Shown here in pieces: positions 24,364-32,000 of a DNA stretch of 32,000 nucleotides. The translations under genes and the position numbers were made by a program. The notes beneath the pieces are model-generated. The model was not told where the DNA came from. It made no database searches and saw only the letters and a list, made by a program, of their open reading frames with translations. Origin of the DNA: Mycobacterium tuberculosis H37Rv (GTDB lineage Bacteria; Actinomycetota; Actinomycetes; Mycobacteriales; Mycobacteriaceae); the NCBI RefSeq assembly GCF_000195955.2, contig NC_000962.3:3540001-3572000 (forward strand), written 5' to 3'. Numbering within the stretch: the first letter of the stretch is position 1; each line of letters starts with the position of its first letter.

Positions 24364-25782
24364 GTGAGTACCGGTGAGGTCATGGGTGACCTGCCTTTCG
24401 GCTTCTCTTCCGGAGACGACCCCCCGGAAGATCCGTCTGGGCGCGATAAGCGCGGGAAGGACGGTGCCGATTCCGGATCGGGCGCCAATCCGTTGGGCGC
24501 GTTCGGCATCGGTGGAGAATTCAACATGGCCGACCTGGGGCAAATCTTCACCCGCCTAGGAGAGATGTTCGGCGGCGTCGGCACCGCGATGGCCGCGGGC
24601 AAAACCTCAGGACCGGTCAACTACGACTTGGCCCGGCAGGTCGCGTCGAGCTCGATCGGGTTCATCGCGCCCATCCCGGCGGCCACGAACTCGGCGATCG
24701 CCGACGCGGTGCATCTGGCCGACACCTGGCTTGACGGGGCAACCTCGCTACCCGCTGGCGCCACCAAGGCGGTGGGTTGGAGCCCCACCGACTGGGTCGA
24801 CAACACCTTGGCTACCTGGAAACGGCTGTGCGATCCCATGGCCCAGCAGATCTCCACGGTCTGGGCGTCGTCGCTGCCGGAAGAGGCCAAGAGCATGGCC
24901 GGCCCGCTGCTGTCGATCATGTCGCAGATGGGCGGCATAGCGTTTGGTTCGCAACTGGGCCAAGCGCTGGGCCGGCTGTCCCGTGAGGTGCTGACGTCTA
25001 CCGACATCGGTCTACCGCTGGGGCCCAAGGGGGTGGCCGCAATACTGCCCGGCGCCGTCGAATCGTTTGCCGCCGGACTCGAGCAACCGCGCAGCGAGAT
25101 TCTGACGTTCCTGGCCACCCGTGAGGCCGCACATCACCGCCTGTTCAGCCACGTTCCCTGGCTGGCCAGTCAACTGCTCGGCGCCGTCGAGGCCTACGCC
25201 ATGGGCATGAAGATCGATATGACCGGAATCGAGGAGCTGGCCCGCGATATCAATCCGACGTCGCTGGCCGATCCCGCCGCCATGGAACAGCTGCTGAGCC
25301 AGGGAGTATTCGAGCCCAAGGCAACGCCGGCCCAGACGCAGGCATTGGAACGACTCGAAACACTGCTCGCCCTGATCGAAGGCTGGGTGCAGACCGTGGT
25401 GACTGCGGCGCTGGGCGAGCGAATTCCGGGTGAGGCAGCGCTCAGCGAGACGCTGCGCCGACGCCGAGCCAGTGGCGGCCCCGCCGAACAGACCTTTGCG
25501 ACGTTGGTCGGGCTGGAGCTGCGGCCACGCAAACTGCGGGAGGCCGGAGCGCTGTGGGAGCGCCTCACCCGGGCCGTCGGCATGGACGCCCGCGACGCCG
25601 TCTGGCAGCACCCGGACCTGCTGCCCGCCACTGACGATCTCGACGACCCGGCCGCCTTTATCGACCGTGTCATCGGCGGCGACACCAGCGGTATCGACGA
25701 AGCGATCGCCGAACTCGAGCGGGACCAGCAGGCCCGCGGCGCCGACGACTCCGGCCACGATGGCGGTCCTGTGGATAACTGA
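24364..25782 (+). CDS. Zinc-dependent metalloprotease-like/DUF2342 family protein (Rv3195-like)
   Basis: 472 aa. VREAAHHRLFSHVPWLASQLLGAVEAYAMGMKID...ALLALIEGWVQTVVTAALGERIPGEAALSETLRRRRASGG: family signature. Confidence 0.9.
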   Translation: MSTGEVMGDLPFGFSSGDDPPEDPSGRDKRGKDGADSGSGANPLGAFGIGGEFNMADLGQIFTRLGEMFGGVGTAMAAGKTSGPVNYDLARQVASSSIGFIAPIPAATNSAIADAVHLADTWLDGATSLPAGATKAVGWSPTDWVDNTLATWKRLCDPMAQQISTVWASSLPEEAKSMAGPLLSIMSQMGGIAFGSQLGQALGRLSREVLTSTDIGLPLGPKGVAAILPGAVESFAAGLEQPRSEILTFLATREAAHHRLFSHVPWLASQLLGAVEAYAMGMKIDMTGIEELARDINPTSLADPAAMEQLLSQGVFEPKATPAQTQALERLETLLALIEGWVQTVVTAALGERIPGEAALSETLRRRRASGGPAEQTFATLVGLELRPRKLREAGALWERLTRAVGMDARDAVWQHPDLLPATDDLDDPAAFIDRVIGGDTSGIDEAIAELERDQQARGADDSGHDGGPVDN

Positions 25783-25787
25783 GCGGT

Positions 25788-26687
25788 GTGTCTGCTCGCA
25801 GTGTGGCACCGTCTCAGGTCATGCGGCGGGCTGCGTCTGCTCTGTATTCGTTGAATCCTGCGATGCCGGTGCTGCTAAGACCCGACGGTGCCGTGCAAGT
25901 GGGCTGGGATCCTCGTCGGGCTGTGCTCGTCCGTCCACCGCGTGGATTAACCGCGACAGGTTTGGCCGCGCTGCTGCGGTCCATGCGATCACCGATACCA
26001 ATCACCGAGTTGCAGCGCCAAGCCGCCGAGCGTGGATTGGTTGACGGTGACGCCATGGCGAACCTTGTCGCGCAACTGGTTGGCGCGGGTGTAGCGACCC
26101 CCCTAGCCAACCCCGGAAACCTGGATTCCCGGCGTCGCGCCGCGTCCATCCGGGTCCACGGTCGCGGGCCGTTGTCAGACCTGCTCGTCCAGGCGCTGCG
26201 CTGCTCCGGTGCCCGGATCAGGCACAGCAGCCAACCACATGCGGCGGTGACTCCCGCGGGCGTGGATCTGGTGGTGTTGTCGGACTATCTGGTGGCCGAT
26301 CCGCACATGGTGCGCGATCTGCACACCGAGAGAGTTCCGCATCTTCCCGTTCGGGTTCGTGACGGCACCGGGATGGTCGGGCCCCTGGTGGTCCCCGGCG
26401 TGACCAGCTGTCTCGGTTGCGCTGACCTGCATCGCAGCGACCGCGACGCCGCGTGGCCGGCCATCGCCGCCCAATTGCGGGACACCGTCGGGGTGGCCGA
26501 CCGGGCCACGTTGTTAGCGACGGCGGCGCTGGCGCTCAGCCAAGTGAACCGGGTGATCGCCGCCGTGCGTGGACAGGAGGCGACCCCTGAGCCCCCGTCG
26601 GCGCTGAACACCACCTTGGAGTTCGATCTCAACGCTGGCTCTATCGTGGCGCGACAATGGACCAGGCATCCGCGGTGTTTTTGTTGA
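25788..26687 (+). CDS. ThiF/MoeB-like (E1-like) family protein, cyclodehydratase-type (Rv3196-like)
   Basis: 299 aa. VDLVVLSDYLVADPHMVRDLHTERVPHLPVRVRDGTGMVGPLVVPGVTSCLGCADLHRSDRDAAWP: CxxC and TOMM/ThiF-like signature. Confidence 0.85.
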   Translation: MSARSVAPSQVMRRAASALYSLNPAMPVLLRPDGAVQVGWDPRRAVLVRPPRGLTATGLAALLRSMRSPIPITELQRQAAERGLVDGDAMANLVAQLVGAGVATPLANPGNLDSRRRAASIRVHGRGPLSDLLVQALRCSGARIRHSSQPHAAVTPAGVDLVVLSDYLVADPHMVRDLHTERVPHLPVRVRDGTGMVGPLVVPGVTSCLGCADLHRSDRDAAWPAIAAQLRDTVGVADRATLLATAALALSQVNRVIAAVRGQEATPEPPSALNTTLEFDLNAGSIVARQWTRHPRCFC

Positions 26688-26695
26688 CGTTACGT

Positions 26696-26869
26696 CTAAC
26701 CCAGTCGTCCCTGCTCCGGCACGTTGGTCGAGATTGACGCATAGGCTCTGGCCAAGGTGTCGAGCACGTCCTCTGTCAGGGTGCGCTCGTTGCGGTGCTT
26801 GTCCAGCGTTTCGATGATCGCTCTGAACAGGGCGTCGGCAGCGTCGTGCTGCGTTGATCTTGCTGACAT
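26696..26869 (-). CDS. Small conserved-looking hypothetical protein
   Basis: 57 aa: MSARSTQHDAADALFRAIIETLDKHRNERTLTEDVLDTLARAYASISTNVPEQGRLG. Non-random composition, sits in an otherwise empty gap. Confidence 0.5.
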   Translation of the reverse strand: MSARSTQHDAADALFRAIIETLDKHRNERTLTEDVLDTLARAYASISTNVPEQGRLG

Positions 26870-27023
26870 GGTTTCTTGCGGTCCACCCTCCTGCACATTT
26901 CACTGATGCGGCCAACACCACAACGCTTGTCGGCGCTTGTCGACGCTTGTCGACTCGGGGCAAGCTCAACCGTCCGCACCCAGGCAGTTGTTACCAGATC
27001 AACACCCCGACCGGATAACCGTC

Positions 27024-28367
27024 ATGGATGATGGGAGTGTGTCAGATATCAAACGGGGCCGCGCCGCGCGCAATGCGAAGCTGGCCAGCATCCCGGTCGG
27101 CTTCGCCGGTCGGGCGGCGCTCGGGCTCGGCAAGCGACTGACCGGTAAGTCAAAAGACGAGGTTACCGCCGAGCTGATGGAGAAGGCCGCCAATCAGTTG
27201 TTTACCGTCCTCGGCGAACTCAAGGGTGGCGCGATGAAGGTCGGCCAGGCGCTGTCGGTGATGGAGGCCGCCATTCCCGACGAGTTCGGCGAACCCTACC
27301 GGGAAGCACTGACCAAGCTGCAGAAGGACGCCCCACCGCTGCCCGCCAGTAAGGTGCACCGGGTACTCGACGGACAGCTGGGCACCAAATGGCGGGAGCG
27401 GTTCAGCTCGTTCAACGACACCCCAGTGGCATCTGCCAGCATCGGCCAGGTGCACAAAGCAATCTGGTCGGACGGCCGAGAAGTGGCCGTCAAGATCCAG
27501 TATCCCGGCGCCGACGAGGCGCTGCGCGCGGACCTCAAGACCATGCAGCGCATGGTCGGCGTGCTCAAACAGCTCTCACCCGGCGCCGACGTCCAAGGGG
27601 TGGTCGACGAACTGGTTGAACGCACCGAAATGGAACTCGACTACCGGCTGGAGGCCGCCAACCAGCGCGCCTTCGCCAAGGCGTACCACGACCACCCGCG
27701 CTTCCAGGTGCCTCACGTCGTGGCAAGCGCACCGAAGGTGGTGATCCAGGAGTGGATCGAAGGTGTGCCGATGGCAGAGATCATCCGTCACGGGACCACC
27801 GAGCAGCGTGATCTGATCGGTACGCTGCTCGCCGAGCTCACCTTCGACGCACCACGGCGGCTGGGGTTGATGCACGGCGACGCCCACCCCGGTAATTTCA
27901 TGCTGCTGCCCGACGGCCGGATGGGCATCATCGACTTCGGTGCCGTGGCACCGATGCCCGGCGGCTTCCCGATAGAGCTCGGGATGACGATTCGACTGGC
28001 CCGCGAGAAGAACTACGACCTCCTGTTGCCGACGATGGAGAAGGCCGGGTTGATCCAGCGAGGACGACAGGTGTCGGTTCGCGAGATCGACGAGATGCTG
28101 CGCCAATACGTCGAGCCCATCCAGGTCGAGGTCTTCCACTACACCCGCAAGTGGTTACAGAAAATGACCGTCAGTCAGATCGACCGCTCGGTTGCGCAGA
28201 TCAGAACGGCGCGCCAGATGGACCTGCCGGCCAAGCTCGCGATTCCGATGCGGGTTATCGCATCGGTGGGCGCGATCCTATGCCAGCTGGACGCGCATGT
28301 GCCGATCAAGGCCCTGTCGGAGGAGCTGATCCCGGGTTTCGCCGAGCCCGACGCGATCGTCGTCTGA
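27024..28367 (+). CDS. ABC1/UbiB (ADCK) atypical kinase-family protein (Rv3197-like)
   Basis: 447 aa from ATG 27024. LKGGAMKVGQALSVMEAAIPDE (KxGQ), AVKIQYPG, LMHGDAHPGNFMLLPDGRMGIIDFGAVAPM. Confidence 0.96.
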   Translation: MDDGSVSDIKRGRAARNAKLASIPVGFAGRAALGLGKRLTGKSKDEVTAELMEKAANQLFTVLGELKGGAMKVGQALSVMEAAIPDEFGEPYREALTKLQKDAPPLPASKVHRVLDGQLGTKWRERFSSFNDTPVASASIGQVHKAIWSDGREVAVKIQYPGADEALRADLKTMQRMVGVLKQLSPGADVQGVVDELVERTEMELDYRLEAANQRAFAKAYHDHPRFQVPHVVASAPKVVIQEWIEGVPMAEIIRHGTTEQRDLIGTLLAELTFDAPRRLGLMHGDAHPGNFMLLPDGRMGIIDFGAVAPMPGGFPIELGMTIRLAREKNYDLLLPTMEKAGLIQRGRQVSVREIDEMLRQYVEPIQVEVFHYTRKWLQKMTVSQIDRSVAQIRTARQMDLPAKLAIPMRVIASVGAILCQLDAHVPIKALSEELIPGFAEPDAIVV

Positions 28368-28400
28368 GCCGGCTCGCGCCGGCGGGCGCACCATCGCGGG

Positions 28401-28679
28401 CTATGCAACAGCATCCTTGCGCGGACGTCCGCGCGGACGCTTGTGACTCACGATCGAGCCTTGGTCGAATATCTCACCACCCCAAACGCCCCAGGGTTCA
28501 GCCCGCTGAAGCGCCGCGGCCAAGCACTGCCGCCTGATCGGGCAGCTCACACACAGTGTCTTGGCTACCTCGAGACCGGCCGGGGTATCGGCGAACCACA
28601 GATCGGGATCACCGACGTGGCACGGCAAAACCGGCAATCTTTGTCTGGGGGTCTGTCTGGGGACTGTCAGTACCGACAC
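28401..28679 (-). CDS. whiB7: WhiB7 redox-sensing transcriptional activator of intrinsic drug resistance
   Basis: 92 aa from GTG 28679: conserved Cys, CVSCPIRRQCLAAAL, EPWGVWGG, C-terminal AT-hook RGRPRK. Confidence 0.98.
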   Translation of the reverse strand: MSVLTVPRQTPRQRLPVLPCHVGDPDLWFADTPAGLEVAKTLCVSCPIRRQCLAAALQRAEPWGVWGGEIFDQGSIVSHKRPRGRPRKDAVA

Positions 28680-28770
28680 GTCCTGTTTCACCTGCTTCCT
28701 GGTCTGGTGGCGGTTCTTCGAAAGTGATCCGGACCAGGGATGCTGCGGTGGGCAGATGTCCCGAAAGTTT

Positions 28771-28848
28771 GGCCACGGATCCTGTGACTTCGGGTCCGTG
28801 GCCATCTGGCGAAACGGGGCTGATTACGTAGCGCTTACGTAGAGCCCC
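28771..28848 (-). promoter_or_regulatory. Structured whiB7 5' leader (attenuator candidate)
   Basis: Perfect 9-bp inverted repeat GGCCACGGA...TCCGTGGCC (28771-28803). Second hairpin GGGGCT...TACGTA...TACGT...AGCCCC (28816-28848). Confidence 0.6.
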
Positions 28849-29108
28849 GCTCCACGGACTCGTCAGTCGCGGCGGCGACACGGTTCTTGCTATGGGGGGT
28901 TCCCGCGGTTGGCACCGCGGCAGCCGCGCCGACACCAAATGCGTTGTTGTCAATCACCGCGGCCGCCCTCCTCTCGTGTCGCGCGCGGTTGCCAGCCCCC
29001 CAATGCCATCTCCAGGCTGGCAGCAGAATGCGACCTGGAGGTTAACCGGTGGCAGCAGCTGACCACAACCGATTTTCTGACCTGCGCGTTTGCCGGTACA
29101 GGCCCGGT

Positions 29109-31211
29109 TCAGGTCCGACCGCGAACCAGCTGCAGCACGTCCGATCCGTATTGTTCCAGCTTGCGGGCACCGATGCCGGGGATCGCGATCAGCGCCGCGT
29201 CGTCGGTAGGTAGCAGCTCGGCGATCGCGATCAGGGTGTTGTCGGTGAAAACGACATAGGCGGGGACGTTCTGTTCCTTGGCGGTGCTCAGACGCCAGGA
29301 CTTGAGCTGCAACAACAACTCCTCGTCGACGTCGGCTGCACACGTCTCACACCGCCGCAGCATGACGGCCGCCGAAGTGTTCAGCTCGTTGTTACAGATC
29401 CGGCAGCGCGCTGCGGCGCCCCGGTTGCGTCGGGATGTGCCCGGCACCGGATCGGCGCGCGTCTGCGGCGCAATGCCGTTGAGGAACCGCGAGGGCTTGC
29501 GGCTCTGGCGCCCGCCCGGGGACCGTGATAGCGCCCAGCTGAGCGCCAAATGGACTCGGGCCCGTGTGATTCCGACGTAGAGCAGCCGACGCTCTTCCTC
29601 TACGGGCTCGCTATTGGGGCCGTGTGCCAGCGCATGTGAGATGGGCAGCGTGCCGTCAGCCAATCCGACCAGGAACACCGCGTCCCATTCCAGTCCCTTG
29701 GCGGCGTGCAGTGAGGCCAGCGTGACGCCCTGCACCACCGGTGGGTGCCGCGCCTCCGCCCGCCGGCGTAGCTCGGCAAGCAGGCCTGGCAGCTGCAGTG
29801 CGGGACGCTGCGCCAGCTCGTCGTCGACCAGCTCGGCCAGCGCGGTGAGCGCTTCCCAGCGTTCCCTGGCGCGGGTGCCGACCGGCGGTTGTGCCGTCAG
29901 CCCCAGTGGTGCGAGCACCGCGCGAACCACGTCGGACAACGCGGCATCGGTATCACGTTCGGACACACGCTGTAAGGCAAGCAACGCCTGCTTGATTTCC
30001 TGACGGTTGAAAAACCCCTCGCCACCGCGAACCTGATAGGCGATACCCGCCTGGGTCAACGCCTCTTCATAAACCTCTGACTGCGCATTGACTCGGTAGA
30101 GAATGGCTACCTCGGATGGCGGAGTGCCCGATGCGATTAACCGGGCGATTGACGCCGCCACCGTGGCAGCCTCGGCGGGCTCGTCGGAATGCTCATGGAA
30201 CGACGGGACCGGACCCGGCTCACGCTGGCCGGACAACCGTAGCTTGCTGCCGGCAACACGGCCCCGGGCGGCGGCGATCACCCGGTTAGCCAATGACACC
30301 ACCTGCGGAGTTGACCGGTAATCACGCTCCAGCCGCACCACCGCGGCGTCCGGGAACCGCCGCGAGAAGTCGAGTAGGAAACGAGGCGAAGCCCCGGTAA
30401 ACGAGTAGATGGTCTGGTTGGCGTCGCCGACGACGGTCAGGTCGTCCCGATCACCCAACCAGGCCGAGAGCACCCGCTGCTGCAGGGGGGTGACGTCCTG
30501 GTACTCGTCCACGACGAAACACCGGTACCGGTCCTGGAACTCCTCGGCCACCGCGGCGTCGTTTTCAATCGCGGCCGCGGTGTGCAGCAACAGGTCGTCG
30601 AAGTCAAGTAAGGTGACGCCGTCGCCGCGGGCCTTGAGCGCCTCGTATTCGGAGTAGACAGCCGCGATTTGCGCGGCGTCCAACGGGGGGTCTCGGCGTG
30701 CGGCCGCCACTGCGGTCACATACTCCTCGGGGCCGATCAGGGACGCCTTGGCCCACTCGATCTCGCCGGCCAGGTCACGCACATCATCGGTGCTGGCGTG
30801 CAGCCTGGTGCGGCTGGCGGCGCGGGCCACCACGGCGAACTTGCTGTCCAGCAGCTGCCAGCCGGTGTCAGCGATTACGCGCGACCAGAAGTACCGCAGC
30901 TGGCGATACGCGGCCGCGTGAAAGGTCAGCGCCTGCACAGCGCCGACGCCCGAACCGGTCCGTGCCGCGGCGTCGAGTGCGCGCAACCGGCTGCGCATTT
31001 CGCCCGCCGCGCGCTGGGTGAATGTCACAGCCAGCACCTGCCCGGCGGCGACGTGACCGCTCGCGACCAGCGAAGCGATCCGGTGAGTGATGGTGCGGGT
31101 CTTGCCGGTTCCGGCACCGGCCAGCACGCACACCGGTCCACGCGGAGCCAGTACGGCTTCGCGCTGCTGGTCGTCCAGCCCGGCAATCAATGGGTCGCTG
31201 GCTATCGACAT
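29109..31211 (-). CDS. uvrD2: ATP-dependent DNA helicase UvrD2 (UvrD N-terminal, HRDC C-terminal)
   Basis: 700 aa from the ATG at 31211. [67 protein letters not shown]; Zn-type CRIC..CETC; [21 protein letters not shown]. Confidence 0.98.
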   Translation of the reverse strand: MSIASDPLIAGLDDQQREAVLAPRGPVCVLAGAGTGKTRTITHRIASLVASGHVAAGQVLAVTFTQRAAGEMRSRLRALDAAARTGSGVGAVQALTFHAAAYRQLRYFWSRVIADTGWQLLDSKFAVVARAASRTRLHASTDDVRDLAGEIEWAKASLIGPEEYVTAVAAARRDPPLDAAQIAAVYSEYEALKARGDGVTLLDFDDLLLHTAAAIENDAAVAEEFQDRYRCFVVDEYQDVTPLQQRVLSAWLGDRDDLTVVGDANQTIYSFTGASPRFLLDFSRRFPDAAVVRLERDYRSTPQVVSLANRVIAAARGRVAGSKLRLSGQREPGPVPSFHEHSDEPAEAATVAASIARLIASGTPPSEVAILYRVNAQSEVYEEALTQAGIAYQVRGGEGFFNRQEIKQALLALQRVSERDTDAALSDVVRAVLAPLGLTAQPPVGTRARERWEALTALAELVDDELAQRPALQLPGLLAELRRRAEARHPPVVQGVTLASLHAAKGLEWDAVFLVGLADGTLPISHALAHGPNSEPVEEERRLLYVGITRARVHLALSWALSRSPGGRQSRKPSRFLNGIAPQTRADPVPGTSRRNRGAAARCRICNNELNTSAAVMLRRCETCAADVDEELLLQLKSWRLSTAKEQNVPAYVVFTDNTLIAIAELLPTDDAALIAIPGIGARKLEQYGSDVLQLVRGRT

Positions 31212-31334
31212 GACGTCCATCTTGGCAGCGGTAGATGACAGACCGGGCGTGTCGCCACGCCGTGGGGCGTGCGACATGAACAACTGCCGAGCCGCCACAC
31301 CGCCCGGGTCGTCGCCGCGCTAGGTTAGCGTGTC

Positions 31335-31589
31335 ATGATCACCGCTGCGCTCACCATCTATACGACATCATGGTGTGGCTATTGCCTTCGACTCAAAACA
31401 GCGCTCACGGCCAACCGAATCGCTTACGACGAGGTCGACATCGAACACAACCGTGCGGCCGCGGAGTTCGTCGGCTCGGTCAATGGCGGCAACAGAACTG
31501 TTCCCACGGTGAAGTTCGCCGACGGGTCGACGCTGACTAACCCGAGCGCGGACGAGGTCAAAGCGAAGCTGGTAAAGATCGCGGGTTAA
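31335..31589 (+). CDS. mrx1: Mycoredoxin-1
   Basis: 84 aa: YTTSWCGYCLRLKTALTANRIAYDEVDIEHN...GGNRTVPTVKFADGSTLTNPS. Glutaredoxin-like CGYC active site. Confidence 0.96.
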   Translation: MITAALTIYTTSWCGYCLRLKTALTANRIAYDEVDIEHNRAAAEFVGSVNGGNRTVPTVKFADGSTLTNPSADEVKAKLVKIAG

Positions 31590-31601
31590 CGACGTGGACT
31601 T

Positions 31602-32000
31602 TCATTCGCACGCTGCCCACGATTCGATGATCACGCGGGCGATCGAGATCGACCCGGGCAGTAGCAGTTTCGACTCCGACGCACTGGACCAATCGCCGGC
31701 GGCAAGCGCTGCGCGCACCTCATCGCGGGTGAACCACGCGGCTTCGGCGATTTCGCCGTCGCTGAACGAGAACTCCTCATCCGGGTCACCCAAGGCATGA
31801 AAGCCAACCATTAACGACCGCGGGAACGGCCACTGCTGGCTGCCCAGATAGCGCACATCGCGAACGGTCAGGCCGATTTCCTCGCGGATCTCCCGGGCGA
31901 CGCAGACTTCGAACGACTCTCCGGCCTCGACAAAGCCAGCCAACAGCGAGAACATCCGTTCCGGCCACGCCGCCTGGCGAGCCAACACGGCACGATCAGC
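31602..32000 (-). CDS. nudC: NADH pyrophosphatase (Nudix); 5' part cut by window
   Basis: GFVEAGESFEVCVAREIREEIG Nudix box plus SQQWPFPRSLMVGF. Reading frame open to the window end. Confidence 0.96.
   Translation of the reverse strand, partial: ADRAVLARQAAWPERMFSLLAGFVEAGESFEVCVAREIREEIGLTVRDVRYLGSQQWPFPRSLMVGFHALGDPDEEFSFSDGEIAEAAWFTRDEVRAALAAGDWSSASESKLLLPGSISIARVIIESWAACE

Noticed and set aside
25012-25809. 265-aa minus-strand ORF opposite the DUF2342 gene
   Set aside because: Low-information Gly/Arg-rich shadow ORF; the plus-strand gene is well supported.
28609-28953. 114-aa minus-strand ORF overlapping whiB7 and its leader as a separate gene
   Set aside because: Part could be a leader uORF, but its extent overlaps whiB7 out of frame and I could not identify a supported start or stop pairing.

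Overview
From gene order, protein lengths and the exact 1355-bp IS6110 sequence, I read this window as a Mycobacterium tuberculosis complex segment matching H37Rv hpx (Rv3171c) to nudC (Rv3199c). Locus tags come from memory, not a search. Left third: a catabolic/hydrolase cluster (hpx, NTF2-like, TetR, SDR, amidase, mesT, alpha/beta hydrolase, nitroreductase-like). Middle: an accessory zone (~6.8-19.4 kb) with an AAA+/DUF4143 ATPase, VapBC49, HigBA3-like, two identical IS6110 copies, MbcTA, a PD-(D/E)XK-like protein and an IS30-family element (IS1603-like). It is bounded on the right by an intact initiator-type tRNA-Met gene. A 45-bp copy of that tRNA's 3' part lies at 11209-12611, split by IS6110. 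Right third: conserved core (UPF0182, Lon-like PDZ protease, DUF2342, ThiF-like, ABC1 kinase, whiB7, uvrD2, mrx1, nudC). Best non-annotated signals: (1) four near-identical 18-bp palindromes GTAYACCRAYNNGTWTAC at the two divergent promoter regions of the TetR cluster; (2) five direct repeats at exactly 22-bp spacing just upstream of the DUF4143 ATPase; (3) the tRNA-Met att-like duplication, which defines an island carrying MbcTA and the nuclease-like gene; (4) likely frameshifts in the NTF2-like and nitroreductase-like genes, and degraded transposase and MaoC relics; (5) 63-bp imperfect terminal inverted repeats on the IS30-family element; (6) a 56-nt hairpin between convergent genes. The known systems are described families, so I do not claim a wholly new system. 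The strongest candidates for new biology are the iteron-controlled ATPase and the nuclease-like gene on the tRNA-bounded island.
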